Source: Catajapyx aquilonaris (taxonomy: Eukaryota). Taken from it: a stretch of DNA of 57,654 nt. The notes under the pieces are model-generated. The model was not told the origin of the DNA. It was given only the letters and a program-made list of their open reading frames with translations, and searched no databases. The stretch covers positions 1 through 57,654 of the forward strand of contig JYFJ02002394.1 of the NCBI GenBank assembly GCA_000934665.2, read 5' to 3'. This document shows, one piece after another, positions 13,181 through 24,300 of the stretch. Numbering within the stretch: position 1 is the first letter of the stretch; each line of letters opens with the position of its first letter. The translations under genes were made by a program, and so were the position numbers.

Positions 13181-16100
13181 GTAATGTGGCTTCATTCTTG
13201 GCGGGGAGACTTCAATGCGGGAGTCGGAAGTGACCGGGATTGTTAAGGGCTTGAGGTTTGTTTGGGGGCTTGGTTACTCCAGCGTGACATATTGCACGTA
13301 ATTTAGGGGGCATACTTGGTTGGTTACTGTCAATTGTTTGAGTCGCGCGTCTGAATTGTTCGGAATGTACAGCCAAATTCCTGAAGAGTGGGCCGTGAGA
13401 AAATAAGATGGGTCCGAAAGTGCACTTGGTCATTTTAGTGTGGAACGTACGGCACGCTACTGTTACTTTCAGAACGTACTGTACTTTAAATGTGTTTGTT
13501 ATTTTTTGAGAAGTTCATACGAGAAAGGTCTGTAAGCTATTGATTAATAACACGCGTATTTAAAATATTGATGAGTAACAATCAGCAATGCATGTATGCG
13601 TTTAGCTGACTTATTCAGTGACATTATTTAACCCCGGACACATTTGTATTCATCCCGGACCTTAGCTGGTAGGATCGAAATAGACCCCATATTGCAACAT
13701 AATTTCGTATCGGTTTTACGTTGTGTACTGTAAATTTATGATCACGGAACATCCTATGAATATCGTACCCAAACCAAATATTATAGAGCATCCTCTATGT
13801 CGTGCGACTTGAAAGACATGAGCTAACCACCTCAGCAGGTGCCTTCAAGGGCAAAAGAGTCTTGCCAAACAACTATCAATCACTGCCTCTCATATTGACC
13901 AGCCATTTCACAAGTCCCAGCATCACGGTCCGACATGTTACCAAACCCATACCGCGTCGGGAGGTTATTCCACCAAACGACGTCCGTCCTCCATAGGAAT
14001 TCAGTCCCTGTTCGGAATCTAATGAATCATCAAAATTCTCCCCCAACTTCTGCATGACGTAGCCTGCATTGTCTGGAAATTCCCAAAGTGAAAAGCAGTG
14101 GCAATGTCAGTGGCAGTTTGAGTTTTCCAAACTCCCCATGGCGCCAAGGCCAGAAGGCGGCTCCAGGGCGATCGCAGGACACGATAGGACCCCACTTAAT
14201 AGTCTCTAGTCGGGAAGGAAATAGCCACAGGGTTGCTACATCCACAAGAATGCCAAGCTCTGATTTCAACATGCGACACTTCTCATTCATGATATTTTTC
14301 AGGTAAGGTCACACCACCACGAGTGGGCCGAATCCTGTTTGAGAGCAGGGTCATCCCTCACCTCTTTTACCTCCCAAATCCTGGCTCCTATTTGGCCCAC
14401 AGGTGCGGTGACGCCACAGAGGACACCCCCTAAAGGAATGCCTCTCTCAAAATCCATTCCGAGTTCTCCCCTAAAGTAGCATGATGGGCCAGCAAGATAA
14501 GTCCAGCCCGTTAATACATTGGGCCTTGGTGCAAAACCGCGAAAATGAATACGTCGCCTACCAGATTTATGAGGGTGGGTTACAAAAAGAGGAATTTTCT
14601 GCACGGATCTACCAGAAAATTGTTTTACTGCTGGTTTGCTTGTCCTTTGTCTTGCTCGCTCAATTTGCTGAATTGCGAGTTCACACAATGTTTACAGGAC
14701 AACATTGGGATTGAATTTAACACCGGACATTGTCCTCTTTGTCCACCCAGAGTGTTAGGTGTGGACTGAAAGGTGATGCTTGTTTTCTTCGCGAAACCCG
14801 CCTTGTTTGCCTGGCTATTCATCAAGTGACATAACGCGTGTGTTTCCCCGGGTGCAGGATAAGGAAGAAAAATAGGGCGGACAATTCCTCGAAATATAAT
14901 CCACGCCATTACACACTATCCCAGCACGATAGGGATAGTACGAGTCAAATGTAAGTACCGAGGGGGTGACGGACCGGTGCATAAAAATACACCGTAATTA
15001 ACACGTTGTCCAACATGTTATGCATACTGAACACCTGACGCCTAAGGGGTAATAACTGCACTACTACCCCACTTCTTTCTTCCGGTGCAGTTCCGGAATA
15101 TGGTTTCTGGGTGTTGGCGACTTTAACACTGGACCGAGAAACGAACCCTGGTACTGTTATGTGCGTGGCTCACAAAAAGGGACGCTTTTGGCACACACTT
15201 GCACTCCAGACTTTTCCTGTGGGAAAGGAGTTGGCAGTAGGGTAAAACTCGCACGGTATGCCAGCCCTGGTTTTCTCGAGCACATCCGTTGCAAAGAGGC
15301 ATTTATATTATTGCCCTTCTCCTCCACCACCTGCCTACAAAACTGACCGCGGTCATGTCTTTGGTCCGACTCTTTTTCTCCGTTCCTCTTCATCTTATCC
15401 CGCCTCTCCTCAGCACCAATTATCACAATTAGCCGAAAGGTGAAGGAACTTCCCGGCCTCCAACCAGAGCTAGAAGAGGTCTTCCATACTTGCTCAACAG
15501 GTGGTTCGAAAAAAAAAATCAAACAAAAAAAAAGGTTGAAGGCCTCTTCTTCCCCACCCAACATCCACCCCCACATAATATTCAGTATAATTATTCAGAC
15601 ATATTAAGATCATCTGTTAGTCCGGACACAATCCGATTGGCTCATGCTGACTTGCAGATGGTATATATGGTTGGTCACCTGACGTCTTACTAACTGCGTA
15701 GAATGGTGGCCTACCATGGCGTATTATTTTCCAAGCATCGTCAATATTCTTACCCCCTCATCCCCCCTCTATCTGCCACCTTTTCTTATGGCAACCTTGT
15801 GACGTCATTCAGTCTTTCCCGCGCTTTTGATTGCCTTGGAGAGCGTGATGACAACGTTGCCAATGTGCTTATTTTCATAATGCGATACAAAAGGTGTGAT
15901 AAAAAAATAAGGCGGAACTTTGCACTAATGGCTAGTCACGCTTCATTCGCGAATAACTCGCGTGTTTAGAGCTCTGCACAATGCTAACCATATAACTATT
16001 AAGGGGAGGGGTAAGGGGGTGTTTCCACGATGTTACCAGGAAATAAATAGTGAGCCGCCAAGTGCAAGGCGCTGGCACAGTTACACGGAATATGGACTAT

Positions 16101-16379
16101 AAAGTCGGCTTTATAGCCACGGTTTTATCTGCTACAGGAAGTAGAGTTGATGTCAATAGTTGCGGCCCTCACCCACAAACAGCACTTAGGCGAATTGATT
16201 CCATTAAAAAATTCCGTTAAAAAATTTATCAACTAACAATACCGTACGTATTGAGTTTGAGTGTCCTATATATAGGACACTCATGTTTACATCAATGTCT
16301 TACACCTGAAGATCGATACGACCCACTTATTAAAAGGCCCCGATCACCTGAGGAGTCCGTCGGCCCTAACCTCCGCAAC

Positions 16380-16550
16380 GCGCAGTGTCGCCCGGGGGCA
16401 GCCTCACCCCCCCTCGCCCCTCCGTCGAACCAACCAACCCGCACTCTCTTCCCCCCCATCTGCAAAACACCCCGCCCTGGGCCCAAAGAGCCTGGGGGTA
16501 AGCCCCGCTTCACGGAGCCCTTTTCCTCTCTCATCAGTCAGTCGGTCGGT
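16380..16550 (+). promoter_or_regulatory. putative promoter of exon 1B
   Basis: GC-rich tract with AP-2-type sites (16390 GCCCGGGGGC, 16474 GCCCTGGGC, 16490 GCCTGGGGG). It is followed by overlapping TCAGTC initiator-like motifs (16534, 16538) about 250 nt upstream of ATG 16790. Confidence 0.45.
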
Positions 16551-16789
16551 TATCGGGCGAGGTGTTTGTAGGGTCCGTCGGACTCTCCCTTAGCAACCCC
16601 CACGATGCACAAGGCATGACACTCACGTGGTGGTGTGCAACGGTGTCTTCCACATGCGGTTCCTTGTCCACTAGCTCAAACGAATGGCAACCTCGCGTGT
16701 ACGGAGTGACCGGTGACAGTGTGTGGAACATGTGTAATAGTGAAAGATAGTTTTTTTTATTCGTGTCAGTTGTGGATTGTCACGGAGAC

Positions 16790-16807
16790 ATGTCCACGGC
16801 GATGGAG
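16790..16807 (+). CDS. TfAP-2: AP-2 candidate alternative first coding exon 1B (MSTAME)
   Basis: ATG TCC ACG GCG ATG GAG|GTAAGA is a strong phase-0 donor, with an in-frame TAG upstream at 16748. It joins to give MSTAME-ERV..., reminiscent of short vertebrate TFAP2 first exons ending ...SAM-DR. Confidence 0.7.
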
Positions 16808-19131
16808 GTAAGATGCGAGTTTGCTAATAACGGTAATTAATATTAAAAATAGCAGTTTCATATCCGGGAGATAACCTTTAGGTCGAAATTAGGAAAGTTC
16901 GAAGTCGTCGATGGTTTTAGGTACAAAGGAATCCCATTTCCGACTGGGGGAAATTGCACTGTTGCCTCCCGGTGAACAGGAGACGTACACTTTGAATTGG
17001 AAACAATGGGGGAGTTGCATTCCAAAATATTTATCGCCATTAGCTCTCTTTCCTTGTGTGCGGGCCAGAAATGCAATTAATTAGTGGTCATTGGCAGGCG
17101 CGGAAATAAAATGCCGTTTCGGACATGAAATGTGGCGCGTTGTTCCGTATAACTACAGCCCCATGTTTAAAACACCCCTGAATTTACCAACAAACACAAA
17201 GTCATCAGCCGCATGATTGGCCCTCCCACCCACATATATCCCCTCACATGTAGCCCTCCCCCACCGATCGATCTGAATCGATTTGAAACGTTATCCAACC
17301 ATTCCCGTGTCATGATGCTGTTACACTTTATGGATGGTTAGGTTTTCATAGGTCAGAGAGAAGTTGCTAATTGTCCTGTATGATTAGTCTACAAGGGGGA
17401 AATTGGCGGGCGGCATCCTGAAAATTGTCATCGTCGTGTAATTTTTAATTAATATTTCATTTTGAATTTTTGCACAGAATTGAACACCTGAAATTAATCA
17501 AATAAAATAAAATCGTGTGTCAATTATGGAAGTGTTTAGAGTACATACACGGTAGTGCGTGTTTTCCATCGCGAACTCATTCACACACGTGCACATACTC
17601 ATAACTGGTCGTACAGCCTATGAGATAGCATCCCACGTTCCCATTTCTGACTTGAGGTGAATCGAACCTGTTACGTAGCAGAATTTTGACCGGTTTCCCT
17701 TTTATTTTTTGCTTCCAAAACCATATGCGGAAATTCGCAGCTAATATATCTCCTGTTGTGTGTTATTGAGGATTAGTGAAACTGTACTGGACGGGTCTCT
17801 TTTTCGTGTCAATTAATTAGCGTTAAACGATGCTGGTAAACACGCGTATTTTCCCCCATTGAAAACGGGAAAGGGCTATACTTTTTTTCTCCCCCTATAA
17901 TAGATTTATTAAGGCGATTGATGTGTCCACGAATGTTTCCAAGTCACGAAAGCGTATAGTGTGGAGTTTACCAATTTGGTTATTGACAATCGCAACCGAG
18001 CATGCCAATAGGAGAACAAACACCCGGCGGCACTGTTGGAAACTCCCAAAAGCGTAATCCTGACACGAGCCCGACTTTAAATCACAAACAAGGCCCTGTT
18101 GTGATTTAATTGTTGCGTAAAATTTCCCACGCCGTTTGACCAACATTTTTACGAGCTGGACCTAACTTCTTGATGCCAGACCCACGAGCCACAAAAGTTT
18201 TAAGAGTCGACTATAAATCTGTCGCATTGGAGCTTTTTGGAATAATGCGCGTGCTTGTTTGGCTTCAAAAGACGTGTGTGAAAGTGTGGGAATAGGTGTG
18301 TGTATGTGGAGAGAGCCGATTGGGACGTATTAATGCTGGATTCCCTTCGAGAGTCGCACATGTTTAAATTTATGGGCCATAAGTGGACCTATGGAAAAGC
18401 AGATCTGGTGGGCCTCGTAAAAAGAAGGTGTCCTCCTTGGGAAAAAAGATGACACTGAGCGACCGGAAGAGCGGGTTTTAAACCTGATTCTAGGGCAGAG
18501 GACATCTGCGTGTGACTCAATTCTGTACGGGGGCAGAGTGGGCTAATTGTGAATATGTGCGCAACTTATTTTTCTTTCAAACATTACCTTGCATGTTTGA
18601 CACGTTCGCTTGGTAGGTAACAAATGACGGGTTGGAATGGATGTGGCCCACGCAGCAATGGAAGTTGATGAGATAAGGGAGTCAGGCAGGACTTTTGAAG
18701 CCTTTTTGTTTTCAAGGCCTGCTGCTGCCGCTACCTTCTCTTCAGCAGCAAGAAAAGCAATTTATTTCATCCTGACCGCGCTTCAAAACCGTTGTCTTCG
18801 CCAAATCTTACCAACCGTGACAATGAAGGATGACCCTGCCCAATACCTTTTTAAAAAATTTTAAAAAATGCATCGCGTGACGTATGAGATAATTTACACT
18901 CTTTGTTACCATGCACCAGCATCCTCAATGTACACTTGTAACATCGAATCGTGACTGAGATTTACAAAGTGTAACCCGCGGAGATGTCCGGATATCTCCT
19001 GATTTGTGGCGTGGGAACTTGTACTAATGTCCACGAGACATTCATTAAGTTCCCACTGCGTGATGAGCGACAATAAATCTGATCATTCGGAAATTTTTTG
19101 ATATTAATCCACGTTTTTAATTCTGTTTTAG

Positions 19132-19407
19132 GAGAGGGTGACGGCGCATTCGGCGATCGGTTCGGTGGCTGGCAGCACACCGTCGTTCAGCTCAACGCGG
19201 ATGACGCCGACGTCGGACTTCCAGCCGCCGTACTTTCCTCCTCCATTTGCACCCCAGCAGCAACTGGCCGAGTTCCACGCTGCTCATCTCAACGCTGACC
19301 CATACTCACAGCTCAACTCGCTGCATCAGACCCATCAGACTCACTACCAGCTGGGTCAGAGGCCACACGATGTCCTCCGACGCTCTGAAAATGACCCCCT
19401 CCATGTC
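19132..19407 (+). CDS. TfAP-2: AP-2 common exon, proline/glutamine-rich transactivation region with DFQPPYFPPPF motif
   Basis: Acceptor ttctgttttag| and donor |GTAAGT at 19408; 276 nt, phase 0/0. FQPPYFPPP is the AP-2 family PY-motif signature. Confidence 0.93.
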
Positions 19408-21240
19408 GTAAGTATTGTCTCTCAAGGTTTTTGAAATTATTCACAATTTTAAGCAACAATGAAAGTAGTTGCTTGGGCCATATAATAAAGTGTGCCGAAT
19501 TATTTTGCTGAAAGGGCTGCAACACCTAGGGTTTACGACGTTGCTCTTTTTTAAAAAAAATGACCACACGGAGTCCCGAGCAGGTTAACAAGGATTTTTT
19601 CACCTGTTTGCATGGAACCCCCTAGTGATTTAAACCTCTAAGAATGATTAACGCCTTATTAAAACGTCTCAAGCGGTAAAGTAGCCATTATTAATGACGC
19701 TTAATCGTTTAAATGTTCGTGAGATTTCTGGAGCTCTGATCTCTGCATGGGAAATACTTAAATCCTGGGTTTCAACTTTTCAAAAAAATAATTCATACGG
19801 GTATTCCGGTTTCAAGATGTTTGAAATTTTTTTGTGTTCGCAAACAATCTCGAATTCGCATCGTGCAGCGACATTTTCTTTTCGATGGCTAGCTGCACGT
19901 GATTTCATTTGTCGGCAAGAGTTACAGTCCGGTTGCGGTGTGGAATTTAATGGAGCGATGGGACACGACACCTCATTACATGTGTCATAAATCGGGAGGT
20001 CTGAGTGTACGTTAGGATGGTAGCTGAACGTGTTGTGGCATGACTGTACGAAATTTCTGCCTGCACGCAAATTAAGTTGAAACCAACATTTTACGCCGGT
20101 TCTACCCACTAAATATTCTTTAATGGCTCAGTAACTTTTCCAAAATTTGTGTAATTCTCTTGTCTTAGTTTTTCGCGTGCGAAAATTAAGCCATTCAGGA
20201 GGTTTTCCTTACTATAAATTTTAGCTCGTGACCCGAGGTCAGCGTTCCTCCAAGTAGCCATACTAGTTATCCGCACATGCGCACTCTACAAATTGTTGAA
20301 TTCAGTTAATTGAACTAACAATAAATTATATTCGAAGCGCAGTTTCCTGTCACATGTGCTTCAATGTATCAGATGGACAGTGTCTTATCACGTCAATCCG
20401 TATGTGACTGTCCCTTTTTTATTTAATTATGCCACTTTTGTCCTCTCCCCTCTTTTTGATATATATCGAAGAGGAAAAGGGCCGCCCCTGTTCTTGGGTC
20501 CTTTGGCTTGCTGCACTTGGCCGTGGCCCCCTCGATTGCCTTCGTTTCCCGGGCTTTGATCCGCGTCACTGTGTCATCATCGAACTTGTCAAACATGCAT
20601 AGCTGCCTGCGGTGTCGGTTTCAGCCTTTTGGAACACTCCCCCCATCTACTTCCTTTTAATGACTGGCTGAAGGAAGCTGCAGGTCACGTGGCTTCAGAC
20701 TGTAATTCATGCATATTCGCTAATCGACACAATGGGTCCAAATTACTCACGCATTTCATTACGTTTGAGCGTGGTCCACAAAAGCCTGGAGTACAAACGC
20801 ACAATAGCGGAATTGATCTTATTCATCTCTTATCTGAATGAACTGGTGCTACCTAAATTCTTGGGCTAGAATCGATACACGGGTCTTTATAATTAGGAGT
20901 CCATGGCCTAGCTAATTCATCTCCAGAAACAGTGACAAGAGGCAAGCACCTGAAGACGTTGATTGGCATCCTATTTAAAATGGGATATTCTATGCATATT
21001 CAAACAGGGCCTGAACAGTACTGGTCTTACCTTACACTCCATCAATTTTTTTTGTGTGGATGGGGGAAAAAGACCCTCCGAGCGACCTCTGTTAACCCGG
21101 GTGAAATCAGCCGGATCCTATTTCTAGTTTGCCCTTTTATTTTTCATGAAGCTGACATCCATACTTAGGAGGGTGCTGAAGAGGGAGAGATCCCCTGGTA
21201 CACTGATTATGTGTCTGACAAGATATGTGCTTTTTTACAG

Positions 21241-21399
21241 GCGGCCAACATGCACCCGGCGGCTGGCTTCTACGATTCCAACCGACGGGAATATAGTGTA
21301 CGTCGCCCTGATGTCCTTGTACCTGCAGGTCATCCGGGGTTGGACGGACACGACGCACTTGTACTGCCAAACGCGCTTCCTTCCGTCGAAGATGGCCAG
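21241..21399 (+). CDS. TfAP-2: AP-2 exon (AANMHPAAGFYDSNRREYSVRRPDVL...VEDGQ)
   Basis: Acceptor gcttttttacag| and donor CAG|GTAAGC; 159 nt, phase 0/0. RREY..RRPDVL resembles the conserved AP-2 RRDY..RRPDVLL segment. Confidence 0.9.
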
Positions 21400-24300
21400 G
21401 TAAGCACACACCTTTTAGTGGGTTAACCTTGGGCGCGAAACATACCACCTTTCCGTACCTCTCGGATTGATGCTCGAGTCCTTCGAGGTGAAGTTTCATG
21501 GCTAACTGTTGTGCTCCGCGCTGGGATTATTTTTCGCGGAACATTCTCCCCTCCCTTTTGGAGGTATCCATCCCAGCCAAGCAGCCCTTTTCCCCAGCAG
21601 CTTCCCAGCACCGATAGGCACCCAATCGAATAGGGGAGGCATAAATTTGGGTCCCCATTAACGCCCGGCATCAGAGAGTTTTGCGGGGAGGCCGGAACCC
21701 GGAAACCGGAAGTGGCGCCGTGTATCACTCCGCCAGCGCGGGAACGCCGACAAAGGACCATCGCCTGGCTTGGCGCCACGATAGTGGGTAGCCATGGCAA
21801 CCCTCCACAAGAGAGACACCGGGGAAGTATACGTGGTGCTGAGGGGGAGGGATGCTGGCAAACAGGACCACCTCTGGACCTAAAAAAAAAAAAGATGAGA
21901 CATACGCCTGACCTCACATGTGGGCGGCCATCTTGGGGTTTGTTGAAAACTCGGCCATTTTGGATCCTGATGCGCACTTGGCTGTTTGTTATTAAAAGAG
22001 GTGCACTATCCTAGTTGGGAGATAGTCTAGGCGAAAAAGGGGTGTCGCAAATGATAATACGGCCCGAAAAAAGTGGGGGAAGTCGAGGGGGAGTGGATGG
22101 TGGGGAGAGGGGAGTTCGTCGGAGGTCGGTATTCAGAGCTAACCGTTTGCGCGTTTGTGATAACGGCTTGGCGAATGGGGTTGATATCGGCTAAATGAGG
22201 ATGGGGAGGGAGAGGCGGGGGTGGGGATGGGTGAGGGGTAGGGGGGGGGGGGAGAAGCTGCATCTCACCTTGCCTCGGGGCATGAGAGGCGTATTCAAAT
22301 CAATACGCCGCTTCCCGGCTCTCAAGGTGCATTCTGGGGGGGAAAAGCATGCTTTTGGACCTTCCCACAGGCTGTTTGGGACACCCTCGTACTGCTTATC
22401 CAGTTTTAAACCCTCTATAATAACTGGTTCCAAACATTTTCACCAAAAAGCCCTGTCAATCTGCGATTCAATTCTGGTAGGGGGGGTCCGATCAATGCAC
22501 GTGAATATGCACGTGTTTGCTGACCAACCCATTATCGGTGATCTGCAATAACTATAGGGTTTCACAACTGGATATACACCCATTTGTGGGTGGAAACACT
22601 AGATGATAGAATGGGGGAGAATCGGCAGGTTCGGATCACTTTCCGATCACAATCGATTCATGCAGTGCAAAAGAGCTATTAACAACGGGAAAATACGGGA
22701 CAAAAGTGGCAGATCTGCACCCACCATTAGCTACCTGGTTGTTAAATATGTAGGTACAAAAATTACACTTTAAACGCTGAATAAATTGAAAAGAAATCGC
22801 ACCAACTCGGCACACTTGTCACCTGCTAAGTATGTGCAACTGGTAAGGAAAGGGTGATGAATGCTCCTGAGTGCCAAAAATGAGAGGGTGGTGCCTGCAG
22901 GGGACATGTGAAACAACATCCCCCCCTCGCCTCGTTGTTGGCCCGGGGCGAGGCAGGTAAACTATTGGGGGACACCAATCCAGCCGCTGGAATTTTTAGC
23001 CCGGAGCTTCCAGCTGGGAGCCCCGGGTCACATCCGCGCCTCTATATGTTTTTTGTGTCGCGTCGATGAACGGATTTAGCTGCAAGAATCCCAGATCATC
23101 AGGGGCCGTTTACCCATCGAAAGTCGTCGCTGGTAACATTTATGCATATAATTTGATTTTAATTGCGATTTTTTAATATTATGGTGTGATTCACGCGGGT
23201 GTTATCGCATCAGACCACACCTTGTAGGGTGTGTCCTTAGTTTTGAGATAAACAAGTATGCGGATGCTTGACACTCCTACGGGGTTACCTCCTGCAAGGC
23301 GTCAACAGGGTGAGGCAACGGTTAGGTTAGCTATACCCAGGATGATACCAGATAACATGTTATACAGTTGACAGTGTTCACGTTTTCACGAGCAATAATA
23401 ATTGAATTCGTAGTATTGTTGTGTTGATAAAATCAGTTGCTGCAGGGCTATGTCGCAAAAACCACGTGCTTTATTCCAATGGGTGACGCACCTTCCCAGT
23501 TGTGTAAACGCGGATCTTCCAGGCTCCATACTTTTGACATCGCTTTTTTATTACCCTCCCATGTTCTTTAAAATGTACACTGCACAGTAATGACTTTCAA
23601 ATCTGTCCACATGAAATGACCCTCGTTTTCCCGCTGTTTGCACTATGATGTTAAGGCGAGGCCTCAACCTCCAGGTGGTCAGCAGAGACCCATGAGGCGA
23701 CCACCTCCCCTTTTTCGCAATGGGGTCGTGAGTGCCCCCATGGCCCCTCCTTTGATACCATCGTCCGGGTAGTCCCTTTCACCTCCTCCTCGGTCCACTC
23801 TTCGGGTGCACATCCGGATCTGCACCCAAAAAATATTTGCATGTAATCCCACCCAGGCGTGTTGTCAAAATCGACTAGTCATTTGGATACTGATTGTGAT
23901 CGAACCTCAGGCACTTTTAATCAATTAGACAGTCGCAATATTAACATTCATATACCAGCATGAAAAAAATAATTTTAAAGTTTAAAATATATATTAAGAG
24001 ACAATGTGCGAATATGAAATTAATATCGTACTGATTTCCAACGAGCAAGTCCTTGGTAGGTACGACGTGGTAATTACAGCAAAAGTATTCGTCGTATTTG
24101 CATAATTGTTCTCGTTGTGGTGCACATTCGCGGAAACTGGAAAGGGTGCACCTCAGGGTGCGTGAGACTTCACGTAATTACAAATGCCTTTTAGCTTGTA
24201 CATATTCCCTGTTTGCAAGGCGCAGATGGAGTGATAACAGGCGCGGTTTGTGCTTCTCAAGGCAAATCACCAGGTCCTGTACAAGTTTCCTCCTATCAAG

